NCBI GenBank assembly: GCA_963849325.1
Contig: CAWKHF010000010.1
Location: 160,001 to 224,000 of the forward strand
Length of the DNA stretch: 64,000 bases
DNA from: an uncultured Planctomycetota bacterium
Lineage (GTDB): Bacteria; Planctomycetota; Planctomycetia; Gemmatales; Gemmataceae
Direction of reading: 5' to 3'
How positions within the stretch are numbered: the first letter of the stretch is position 1; every line of letters starts with the position of its first letter. A program made the translations under genes and the position numbers. Under the pieces are notes generated by a model. That model searched no databases and was not told where the DNA came from. It saw nothing but the letters and a program-made list of their open reading frames with translations. Of this stretch, positions 11,304 through 21,078 are shown in pieces.

Positions 11304-12812
11304 ATGCGTCCCCTGGGGATGGCCATTGTCCTTGCGGCGTTAACTGCCGGAGTCGCCGGCGCCGAAACGTCGCGAGCGCCGAACGTCCTGTGGATCTGCG
11401 CCGACGACCACGCCCCCTACGTCTGCGGCGCCTACGGCAACAAAACCGTGCGCACGCCGAACCTCGACCGCCTGGCCTCCGCGGGCGTGCGCTTCGATCG
11501 CGCCTACTGCAATTCGCCGGTATGCACGGCGTCGCGTCAGTCGTTCCTTTGCGGCCGTTATCCGCGCAGCCTCGGAGTAACGCGGCTGCAAACACCGCTG
11601 CCCGAGGGCGAGCCGACGCTGGCGACGATCTTGCACGCCGCTGGCTATGACACCGCCGCCATCGGCAAGATGCACTTCAACAGCAACCTCAAGCACGGCT
11701 TCGACCTCCGCATCGACCTGCCGCAGCACGCGCGCCAGCTGAAGGAGCATCCGCCCAAGCCGCTGCCGGCCGATGTCCCAGTCCAGCCGCCGTGGCGGCC
11801 GTTCCGCGATCCGGCGCGCGTCTGGCTCAACAGTGCGTGTCTGCCGTTCGCGGCACACGATGAGGACATGGCCGGCACCTTTCTCGCCCGGCAAGCGGCC
11901 GGTTATCTGCGCGAACGCCGCGACAAGCCGTTCTTCCTCATGGTCAGCTTCTACGAGCCGCACTCGCCCTTTCGCTTCCCGGTCGAGTATCGCGGCAAGT
12001 ATCGGCCCGAGCAGTTCCCGGCGCCGAAGGTCGGACCCGAGGACGATGCCCAAATCCCGGCCGTCTTCCGTGACTTGACCGAGCGCGAGAAGCAAGGCAT
12101 CCTCGCCGCCTATCACACGTCCACCGAGTTCATGGACAAGAACGTCGGCCTGGTCCTCGACGCCCTCGAACGGTCCGGTCGTGCCGCCGACACGCTGGTG
12201 ATTTACACGGGCGATCACGGTTACATGCTCGGTCAGCATGGCCGCTTCGAGAAACACTGCTGCTACGAGCCGGCGGTGCGCGCCCCGTTGCTGCTGCGCT
12301 GGCCGGGACACGTCCAGGCGGATCGAGGCACGAAGGCGCTCGTCGAATTCCTCGACATCGCGCCGACGGTGCTCGACGTTTGCCGGGTGCCGGTCGCGGA
12401 ATCGATGCAGGGCCGGAGCCTAGTGCCGCTGCTGCGCGGCGAGCGCCGGCGACACCGCGAGGAGGTCGTGGTGGAGTACGCGGAGAACGAAGAGGCGATG
12501 ATCCGTACCGAGCGTTGGAAGTTCATCTACTGCACCGGCAAGCGAGCGCGGCAGGACGGCTACGCCACCGGCCGGCCGCTGCCGGGCCGGACGATCCGCC
12601 TTTACGACGAGGACAACGATCCTGAGGAAATGACCAACCTCGTCGACAAGCCCGAGCACGCCCGGCTCGTCGCGGACTTCACGGTTCGGCTCGCCGAACA
12701 CCTGAAACGCACGGCTCGCCAGCCCGAATTGGTCCCCACCAAGGGCGACGTACATGCTGTACTGGAATTCTGTTTGCAACCGCGCGACGTGCGGCTGCCG
12801 GCGAAGAAGTAA
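11304..12812 (+). CDS. Sulfatase (choline-sulfatase-like)
   Basis: PNVLWICADD, CTASR (formylglycine Cys motif), IGKMH, YTGDHG, signal peptide. Confidence 0.9.
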   Translation: MRPLGMAIVLAALTAGVAGAETSRAPNVLWICADDHAPYVCGAYGNKTVRTPNLDRLASAGVRFDRAYCNSPVCTASRQSFLCGRYPRSLGVTRLQTPLPEGEPTLATILHAAGYDTAAIGKMHFNSNLKHGFDLRIDLPQHARQLKEHPPKPLPADVPVQPPWRPFRDPARVWLNSACLPFAAHDEDMAGTFLARQAAGYLRERRDKPFFLMVSFYEPHSPFRFPVEYRGKYRPEQFPAPKVGPEDDAQIPAVFRDLTEREKQGILAAYHTSTEFMDKNVGLVLDALERSGRAADTLVIYTGDHGYMLGQHGRFEKHCCYEPAVRAPLLLRWPGHVQADRGTKALVEFLDIAPTVLDVCRVPVAESMQGRSLVPLLRGERRRHREEVVVEYAENEEAMIRTERWKFIYCTGKRARQDGYATGRPLPGRTIRLYDEDNDPEEMTNLVDKPEHARLVADFTVRLAEHLKRTARQPELVPTKGDVHAVLEFCLQPRDVRLPAKK

Positions 12813-12827
12813 AGGATCGCCGCCCAC

Positions 12828-13742
12828 ATGCCGATCAATCGCTTCGATCAGGCCAGCCGCTACGCCGCCAAGCTGGATGCGCGGGGCTTCCTCGGATGGC
12901 TGCTGCACGAAGAGCCGGCCAGTCCGCGATTCCGAGGCTGGCTGGACACGCGCACGCTCCCCTTCCCCGGCGATCCCGAACGCATTTGTGATACGGTCGC
13001 CTGGCTGAGCGATCCCGATCCGGCGGTGGAATGGGCCATCCCGGTCGAGTTCTGCATCGAGCCGGACGGCAGCCTGTTCGGCCGGTTGCTCGTCTACCTG
13101 GGACAATTGTGGCTGGAGGTCCGCCCGACGGATGTGGGCGGCGAGCGGTTCGCGGTCGGCGCCATCGTGGTCAACCTGACAGGCCACGGCCAAACTTCGC
13201 GGACGATGCGCTTTCTTCAAACGGAAATCCACACCAGCCTCACCGTGGCGGAGCGCAATCTGGCCGACGAGGACGCAGAGGCGACTCTCGCTCATATCGC
13301 CACGGGGACGCTGCCTCGCTGCGTCCTGCCCTGGATCCCGCTGATGCAACGCGGCGGCGAAGACGGTATTATCCAGCAATGGAAGGATCTGGCCGGCCTG
13401 GAACCTGATAGCCGGCGGCGGTCGGACTTCGGCGGTCTGGCGCTGGTCTTCGCCGACGCGGCGCATCGCCTCCCCATCTGGAAGGAAGCCTTGAAGGAGT
13501 GGAACATGCGCGAATCGCAGCAGGTTTTGGAATGGATCAACATGGGCCGGGCCGAGGGCCGGGCCGAAGGAGAAGCGAATGCCTTGCTGCGCTTGCTGGC
13601 GAAACGCTTCCCGCCCGGAGCGCCGCTCGATCTGGCCGCCAAGATCCAGATGACCACCGAACTGGAGCATTTGCGCAAGTGGTTCGACCTGGCATGTACG
13701 GCCGATTCACTCGATGCCTTCCGCCAGGCGGCGGCGCTGTGA
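12828..13742 (+). CDS. Rpn-like putative nuclease/transposase with DUF4351-like C-terminus
   Basis: RICDTV...VEF acidic motif, LPWIPLM, C-terminal GRAEGRAEG..LLRLLAKRF. Confidence 0.6.
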   Translation: MPINRFDQASRYAAKLDARGFLGWLLHEEPASPRFRGWLDTRTLPFPGDPERICDTVAWLSDPDPAVEWAIPVEFCIEPDGSLFGRLLVYLGQLWLEVRPTDVGGERFAVGAIVVNLTGHGQTSRTMRFLQTEIHTSLTVAERNLADEDAEATLAHIATGTLPRCVLPWIPLMQRGGEDGIIQQWKDLAGLEPDSRRRSDFGGLALVFADAAHRLPIWKEALKEWNMRESQQVLEWINMGRAEGRAEGEANALLRLLAKRFPPGAPLDLAAKIQMTTELEHLRKWFDLACTADSLDAFRQAAAL

Positions 13743-13751
13743 GAGGGCGAG

Positions 13752-14807
13752 CTACAATCCCAGGTGTTCGCGCGCATACGCCATACTCTTGCGCACGTTT
13801 TCCTCCTCAATGGCGAGTTGTTCCTTCGGAGTCCGGCCGCTGATGCGCGGCAGGGGCCGCGATGGCTTGTGCTTGCGGACCAGGGCCAGCGTGCGGGCGA
13901 GGTCGCGGCCCGGTACGCCCGTGGAGGTCGCCCAGTATTTGTCCGTCAGACAGGGCACACGTAGCGGATCGCGGGTAATCATCTCCAGGTTCAAGCGAAT
14001 CTCCGGCCGCGCCGCGCGGAGAAGTGCGATCATCTTCGGCAAATCGAGGAAGCCTTCACCCAGCGGCACCTCGGCGAGCAGGAAGCCGTCGTCGTACTCG
14101 GCGACGGCCATGTCCTTCAGATGTACCGTGAGAGCATGGGGGGCGAGCGTCCGCACCACTTCCAGCGGATTTTCCAGGAGCGCGATGCTGTTGCCGGTAT
14201 CGACGCATGCGCCGACGTGCCGGCTGTCCAGGCGCTTGAGCAGATCGATCAGTTCGCCGGCGCGATAGTCCTTGTGGTTCTCGATCGCCAGGAGCATGTC
14301 GTGACGCGTGACGATCGGCTCGGCCAACGTCACGGACTGCCAGGCTTGCTCCGCCGCGCGGCGAAAGTCGTCGGCGCCGGCGAATTGCTCGTATCGCCGG
14401 CCGCCGAAGAGCACGGTGCGCAGCACCTTCGCCCCAACCTCGCGGGCGCTGTGCAGCTCCGCCGTGAAGCGTTCGCTGTCGGCACGGTCCCTCGGCAGAC
14501 GGATCGTGCCTTCCAGATACATGCCGAACGCTTCGAGCTTCTTGCGCAGCCCGGCGAGATAGTTCCGGTCGCGCATGCCGATGCCGATCTGCACGCCGCC
14601 GGCGCCCAGCTCATGACAATGTTCGAGGAAGGCGATCGGATCGCTGAAGCCGGGCTTGCCGGCAGCGCGGTCGGCCGACAGACGGACGGCGTAGGAATAC
14701 TGGACCACGCCCAGGCGCTTTTGTTCGCCTCCGTCGGCCGCGAACAGGGCTTGCGCCAGCGGCAGAGTCGCCGCGGATGCCAGGAATCGTCGCCGGTCCC
14801 GGTTCAT
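13752..14807 (-). CDS. Sugar phosphate isomerase/epimerase (TIM barrel), Tat-exported
   Basis: RRRFL leader; AIENHKD, DTGN, VHLKD, LEMI. Confidence 0.85.
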   Translation of the reverse strand: MNRDRRRFLASAATLPLAQALFAADGGEQKRLGVVQYSYAVRLSADRAAGKPGFSDPIAFLEHCHELGAGGVQIGIGMRDRNYLAGLRKKLEAFGMYLEGTIRLPRDRADSERFTAELHSAREVGAKVLRTVLFGGRRYEQFAGADDFRRAAEQAWQSVTLAEPIVTRHDMLLAIENHKDYRAGELIDLLKRLDSRHVGACVDTGNSIALLENPLEVVRTLAPHALTVHLKDMAVAEYDDGFLLAEVPLGEGFLDLPKMIALLRAARPEIRLNLEMITRDPLRVPCLTDKYWATSTGVPGRDLARTLALVRKHKPSRPLPRISGRTPKEQLAIEEENVRKSMAYAREHLGL

Positions 14808-14811
14808 GATC

Positions 14812-16201
<1,390 letters not shown>

Positions 16202-16295
16202 GAGACGGTTCCCCCGTAGCTGCCGAAGAGGCGAAAGGCGAGTTCATTATGGCATCCGCCGCGAACGTCTCCAACGCAAAAACGAGACCGTCCGG

Positions 16296-16385
16296 CGGGT
16301 TGCGCACCTCCGACCGATAGGGGTCGATGAAGGACTCTTCGTACTCCTCGGCAGCCAGGCTCCAGTGCTGCGCTTGTTGGGACAT
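16296..16385 (-). pseudogene. Possible 5' remnant of a truncated gene (SAM methyltransferase-like N-terminus)
   Basis: MSQQAQHWSLAAEEYEESFIDPYRSEVRNP reads as protein, then runs into the oxidoreductase promoter region; family resemblance is from memory only. Confidence 0.3.
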
Positions 16386-16498
16386 GCGCGTTCGCTTGTG
16401 GTTCCGGTTAAGGCATTCCGCCATGCACCCTTTATCGTGCAACGCGGGGAGATTCAGGGCGACGAGCGGCGGACGGTCGCATGCAAGCTCAACGGTAG

Positions 16499-16527
16499 TT
16501 GCCTTGCGTACTGAACACCAGTACAAT
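16499..16527 (+). promoter_or_regulatory. Sigma70-like promoter of the GHKL ATPase gene with internal palindrome
   Basis: TTGCCT-N17-TACAAT; GTACTG-N5-CAGTAC at 16508-16524. Confidence 0.65.
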
Positions 16528-16597
16528 TTCGTTTATCAGTGCGGGATTAGCAAGAGCGGAAACCCGAATGTTTCCACCAACAAATGAGGAGCATTTC

Positions 16598-19048
16598 ATG
16601 CCGTTCGACAATGCCGAGAGTTTGTTACGGGCATTGTTGTCGTCTATCAAGAGTAGCGACATCCGTAAAATACTGGAGGAAATCGGGGACTACGGCAGCG
16701 CAGAGTTAGACCAGCCGTTCGGCCCCTTCCAGTTTTGCTGGCACGCCTTCGGCAACAACCCCTCAAACATCTCCTCCATCGGTCTGGGCACGAAGCCCGG
16801 CCGTAGCCTGACCGAACGCTACACCAACGGGACCGACAGCATCTTTGAGGACCGTGCCCCAGCCGGCGTGCCACTCCCGCGATCCGCTCGGGAGGCCGCT
16901 CAGCAATGGTTCGGTCGGCCTGTGAGCGGCCCCGAGGACGGGCTGTTTAACTGGAACTACAGCGAGCACGACTACGACCGGCGCATCTCGGTGATACTCT
17001 TGAATAGTGGTGACGAAACCGCGCCGACGGTAGACGTGTTGGACGATGGCATCGGCATCCAGCCCGACATGTTTTCCTCTACCATCCTCAGCCTACAATC
17101 GGGTAACAAGATTACCAAGTGGTACTTGATCGGAGCCTTCGGGCAGGGCGGTGCCTCCACGCTAGCGTTCGCGGACTACACGGTCATTGTGTCCCGCCAC
17201 CGGGACAACCCCAGCATCGTCGGCTTTACAATTATCCGGGTGCTGAAGTTAAACGAGCAGTACAAGGAAGACTGCTACGCCTACCTCTGCCTCAAAAGTT
17301 CCTCGGGCACCATCAGCGTCCCGTCGTGCCAGCTGGGCAATGAGACCCTCGTGATCTATGAACAGCATACTGGAGCCCGGATCCCCACACTCAAGAAAGG
17401 CACGCTGGTGCGCCACATTGGCTACCAGCTCCCGAAGCTGAGCGGCACCCTGGCCCCCAGCCCAGGCAACCTCTACCACTACCTGCACTGCTCTGCCTTC
17501 GACCCGTTGCTGCCTTTTCGGCTGATCGACTTGCGGCGCGACGAGGCGGACAACGAGATTGTGACCGGCAGTCGCAACCGCCTCATGAAGCTGGTTCCCT
17601 GGAACTCAGAGACCAGTCCGAAGACGACCGGATCCTTCCTGCGTTACCACCGTGAGATGGAATACTTCGCCCCGCACGGCACCCAAGACCCGTGCATCGG
17701 CATCGAGTTTTGGGTTGTATTCAACTATCGCAAGGGGCGAGGCGAGCAGAAGAACCTGCCCACATTGCGACCGCACTCCAATGAGTTGTTCGTCATGACC
17801 GGGCACCCCGTGGTCGGTACCCTGAACGGGCAGAATCAGGGGGAGCTGACGGCTCAGCTGCTCCGCGACTTGAGCCTCGGTATGGTAGCGCGGCACATCG
17901 TGATCCATATCGATGCCTCGAAGGCCGACAGCCGGGTCCGGCGGGAGCTGTTCGCCACGAACCGGGAAGGTTTCAAGGACGGGGCCGTCCTGACCAGTCT
18001 GATTAACATGCTCGAAAAGATGCTCAGTGAAGATGATACCCTCAAGGAGATCGAGCGCGAGTTGACGGAAAAGTTAGCGAAAAGGGAATCACAGGCCACA
18101 AGCGAGGATGTCAAGCGCCAGGTCGTTAAGCTTCTACAGGAGGCCGGCTTGAAGCTCCAATCCGAAGGACCAACCCTGGTGCCGGGGGAGGGGCAGGAAA
18201 AGATGCCGGTCAAGAAGCACCGCCCAGGCAGGCCGGTCAAGCCGCAGCCCCTGCCGACCCTGCCCTTCCCCCAGGTCACCAAGTTCACCATCGTCACCCC
18301 CAAGCCGAAGATGAGTGTCCACATCAATGACAGCGAGGTGGTGCTCGTTGAGACGGACGCCGACTCCGAGTTCGACCGCCAGGCGCGGGTTGCCATCCGC
18401 TCCGAACCCGACTGCCTGGAGTTGGCCGGGAAGTCGCCACTCGGCGGCGGCCGTATCCGCTGGCGACTCCGACCACGACAGACGGCCAAGGCGGGGGACG
18501 TTGGCCGCATCATCGTGACGCTCACCAAGCCGGATGGCTCCCAGCTCAGCGACACGACGGACTTCGAGGTCTTGGCCGCCTTGGAGCAGTCGGTAAAAAA
18601 GGCCAAGGGCGTCGTCCCGCAGTTCGATATTATCCCCATCAATCCGGTCGATAACCCGGAACAGTGGGAGGCGGCGTGGCCGAACTTGGGGACTGATGCC
18701 TCGGCTGAAGAACTGGCCTCGGTGGCCTACAAGCCGGTCTCGGTCGGCGGCGGGATCGTCGTATACTACTCGACCATCTTTGGGCCGTTCCAGGAGCAAG
18801 TGGAGAGGCTCAAGAACGCGGCGGCGGCGCTGCCGGCCCTCTTTCGCACGAACTACGAAATCTGGATCGGCTACCACGCCATCTTACAGGAGAACAGCCG
18901 CATTGGCATGAAGGGGACGATCGAGGACGAAGCCCTGGAAACAATCCTTGAGGAGGACCGTATCCGCGTGGCCAAGATGCAGGTGAAGCAGGCCAAGTCC
19001 ACAGCCGAACTGATGTACCAGACCATGCGCGACCAGGCAGCTGAATGA
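16598..19048 (+). CDS. GHKL (MORC/MutL/TopoVIB-type) ATPase, 816 aa
   Basis: N-box LTERYTNGTDS, G1 DVLDDGIG, G2 IGAFGQGG, G3 KGTLV; S5-like region ending ELFATNREGF; coiled coil; beta-rich C-terminal half; GAGGAG RBS. Confidence 0.8.
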   Translation: MPFDNAESLLRALLSSIKSSDIRKILEEIGDYGSAELDQPFGPFQFCWHAFGNNPSNISSIGLGTKPGRSLTERYTNGTDSIFEDRAPAGVPLPRSAREAAQQWFGRPVSGPEDGLFNWNYSEHDYDRRISVILLNSGDETAPTVDVLDDGIGIQPDMFSSTILSLQSGNKITKWYLIGAFGQGGASTLAFADYTVIVSRHRDNPSIVGFTIIRVLKLNEQYKEDCYAYLCLKSSSGTISVPSCQLGNETLVIYEQHTGARIPTLKKGTLVRHIGYQLPKLSGTLAPSPGNLYHYLHCSAFDPLLPFRLIDLRRDEADNEIVTGSRNRLMKLVPWNSETSPKTTGSFLRYHREMEYFAPHGTQDPCIGIEFWVVFNYRKGRGEQKNLPTLRPHSNELFVMTGHPVVGTLNGQNQGELTAQLLRDLSLGMVARHIVIHIDASKADSRVRRELFATNREGFKDGAVLTSLINMLEKMLSEDDTLKEIERELTEKLAKRESQATSEDVKRQVVKLLQEAGLKLQSEGPTLVPGEGQEKMPVKKHRPGRPVKPQPLPTLPFPQVTKFTIVTPKPKMSVHINDSEVVLVETDADSEFDRQARVAIRSEPDCLELAGKSPLGGGRIRWRLRPRQTAKAGDVGRIIVTLTKPDGSQLSDTTDFEVLAALEQSVKKAKGVVPQFDIIPINPVDNPEQWEAAWPNLGTDASAEELASVAYKPVSVGGGIVVYYSTIFGPFQEQVERLKNAAAALPALFRTNYEIWIGYHAILQENSRIGMKGTIEDEALETILEEDRIRVAKMQVKQAKSTAELMYQTMRDQAAE

Positions 19049-19054
19049 CCTGTG

Positions 19055-20209
19055 TTAGCGTGCTACCCGATGCACAAGCAAGACCTCAGATGTATGCTTC
19101 GTCTCATCCCTCAGCCCTGTGTACCATTTCCTGTTGGGTACTGATCGCCAGAATTGGCTGGGTCGATGGCCTTCGCATTCATACTCCTCGAAACCTGCTT
19201 CACGCATGGCCTCACGGTACAGGGGCAAGTGCTCGTTCGGCTTGCCGAAGCCAACCAGCTGTACGACATAGGCGTCATCCCTGACGACCTTGCGTATCTC
19301 GGTGAAGGCCAGCCGCAACTTGCCGAAGTACAGTTCCTCGTGCTTCTGATTACGGCGGTCGCCGAAGGTGTAGAAGGCAGAGCCCTGGCCATCCTGGCAG
19401 TCCGCGATCCAGAAGGGGGCGGACGTTTCGCGACGGCCCAGAACTTGCCAGCGGTGATAGAGGACGTGCGTTCCAGGGTACGGCGGCGAGGTAACGACTA
19501 GCTTGGGCGGTGACTCGCAGAGCAGCTTCGATGGCAGTGTGTTGATCTCATCCGCTGATCCGTGAAAGGCTTCAATGGTGGTGGGCTTGCCGCCCAAAGC
19601 GGATACTCGCTCGGCCAAGGCCTTGAGTCCAGCGGTCATGGAGATGGCATGCTCGATGATCCGCTCTCGGAAATCCGCCGCCGTGGGCAGACGTTTCTTG
19701 CAGTCCACGGCCCACTGCACCGTCTTGAGCACGATACACCGGACGACGGGCTGCAATCGTTCCGGCAGATGATTGACACCATTAATCGCTTGCTCCGCCA
19801 CCTTCCTGAAGCGCCAAGGCAGGTTCTCTTGGTAGCCTAGCTCTTTCCATTCCCCATGACGCTCTACGGGCTTGTGGGGAGATAATTCCGGCGTAACATT
19901 GATGGCCCAATCAAGAATAGCGTCCAACTCGTCTTGGCAAAGAAGGATCGTCTTCACCTGAGCCAAGAACACGGCCAGGCGGCTGATGTCCACGCCTACG
20001 GCCTGCCGCCCGAGGGCAAGCGCCTCGACCAGGCTGGTTGCTCCTCCCGAGAAAGGATCCAAAATTGTATCGCCTGGTTTGGTGAAGCACTCGATAGCCG
20101 CGCGGGCGACGAGAGGGGAAAACCGAGCGGGGTAGCGGTAGAAATCGTGCGTCAGTCCAGAGACCACACCCGTAAAGTTGATCGCTTCAATAAGCCGCTC
20201 CAGCCGCAT
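19055..20209 (-). CDS. Amino-DNA methyltransferase (alpha motif order, likely N4-cytosine), 384 aa
   Basis: THDFYRYPARF (motif X), LDPFSGGATS (motif I), GVDIS, VTSPPY (motif IV); GGAGGAG RBS. Confidence 0.85.
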   Translation of the reverse strand: MRLERLIEAINFTGVVSGLTHDFYRYPARFSPLVARAAIECFTKPGDTILDPFSGGATSLVEALALGRQAVGVDISRLAVFLAQVKTILLCQDELDAILDWAINVTPELSPHKPVERHGEWKELGYQENLPWRFRKVAEQAINGVNHLPERLQPVVRCIVLKTVQWAVDCKKRLPTAADFRERIIEHAISMTAGLKALAERVSALGGKPTTIEAFHGSADEINTLPSKLLCESPPKLVVTSPPYPGTHVLYHRWQVLGRRETSAPFWIADCQDGQGSAFYTFGDRRNQKHEELYFGKLRLAFTEIRKVVRDDAYVVQLVGFGKPNEHLPLYREAMREAGFEEYECEGHRPSQFWRSVPNRKWYTGLRDETKHTSEVLLVHRVAR

Positions 20210-20248
20210 CTCGTCTCTCCTCCCGCAGGTCAATGAGAACGCTCGACC

Positions 20249-20518
20249 TCAAGCTTTTGTTGGCCTGCGCTCGTACCAGTCCATCCATGCCTTCGTCGTA
20301 ATGCCGGTTAACGCCTCGATTTTGGCGAATCGATCAACCTTTGGGCGTCTCTTCCCTGTTTCCCACGAACCGACCGCTGTGTGAGATACCCCGAGACGGC
20401 GGGCCAAAACCGAGCGGTTCCACCCTTCCGGCGGCTGATTGAGCCTCCACTGACGGAGCGGATTATCATCTTTCCAGGTCGTTAAAGGATCCTTCTCGCC
20501 CCTACGGTGCTTGGCCAT
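20249..20518 (-). CDS. XRE-family HTH regulator (controller-like)
   Basis: LRQWR...LARRLGVSHTAVGSWETGKRRP; directly upstream of and co-oriented with the MTase. Confidence 0.85.
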   Translation of the reverse strand: MAKHRRGEKDPLTTWKDDNPLRQWRLNQPPEGWNRSVLARRLGVSHTAVGSWETGKRRPKVDRFAKIEALTGITTKAWMDWYERRPTKA

Positions 20519-20549
20519 AACGCCCTCAGCGGGTGTTGCATTAATTGAA

Positions 20550-20589
20550 GCAATTGATACAGCCTAGTGCTCTTCCTAATCAATTGCAA
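20550..20589 (-). promoter_or_regulatory. Promoter/operator of the XRE-MTase unit
   Basis: Minus strand TTGCAA-N17-TAGGCT (20589-20561); inverted repeat GCAATTGAT-N20-ATCAATTGC (20550-20587). Confidence 0.55.
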
Positions 20590-20958
20590 GAGATTCGTTG
20601 ATTTTTTTCGGGATTTGCTGTTTTGATGGGAGATCGGCGAGCACTCTCTTGAGACGATCGAAGACAAGTATCCTTGCTTGTCCTACACCTTTTTACCTTG
20701 GCACACACGTTCTGCCTTTAGTACGAACCTTCCTAGCCCGTCCTACTACCTCGGGGGCCGCCGGCGATCCGTACGCCGGTCAGCCCCTGCCGCGCGATGC
20801 CGGCATCGGCTCGCGCACCTTCCTCAACGCCCAAACCGGCCGCTTCCTGTCCGATTTAGGGGGAAGACGCCCCCGTTTAGGGTTTTGGTCCGCCCGTTCC
20901 CGGAGCGAACGGAAAAAAGCCCTTCCGAGTCGGCTTGTCAAAAAATCTTCTTTTGTTC

Positions 20959-20986
20959 TTGACATCCCCTTGGCATGCGTTACCAT
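20959..20986 (+). promoter_or_regulatory. Sigma70-like promoter with no downstream ORF
   Basis: TTGACA-N16-TACCAT preceded by an AT-rich tract. Confidence 0.6.
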
Positions 20987-20992
20987 CAAACC

Positions 20993-21064
20993 ATCTCTCC
21001 GGCCTCTTCTCTGTTCCGGCCCCGCTGTTCGGCCTGCTTGCAGGAAGTTCAGCGGGGTTTTTTT
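20993..21064 (+). ncRNA. Candidate small RNA (~70 nt, CU-rich 5' end)
   Basis: Lies between the promoter and a plus-strand intrinsic terminator; no plausible ORF. Confidence 0.45.
21020..21064 (+). terminator. Rho-independent terminator
   Basis: CCCCGCTG...CAGCGGGG stem with inner CCTGC/GCAGG stem, then T7. Confidence 0.75.
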
Positions 21065-21078
21065 GCGCACCCTTCTCC

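Noticed and set aside
12828-13742. Active insertion sequence
   Set aside because: No terminal inverted repeats or target duplication; the gene is tightly packed between neighbours
16598-19048. Topoisomerase VI subunit B, MutL or sensor kinase
   Set aside because: No Spo11-like subunit A, no MutL GFRGEAL motif, no HisKA or response regulator; the context is a DNA methyltransferase
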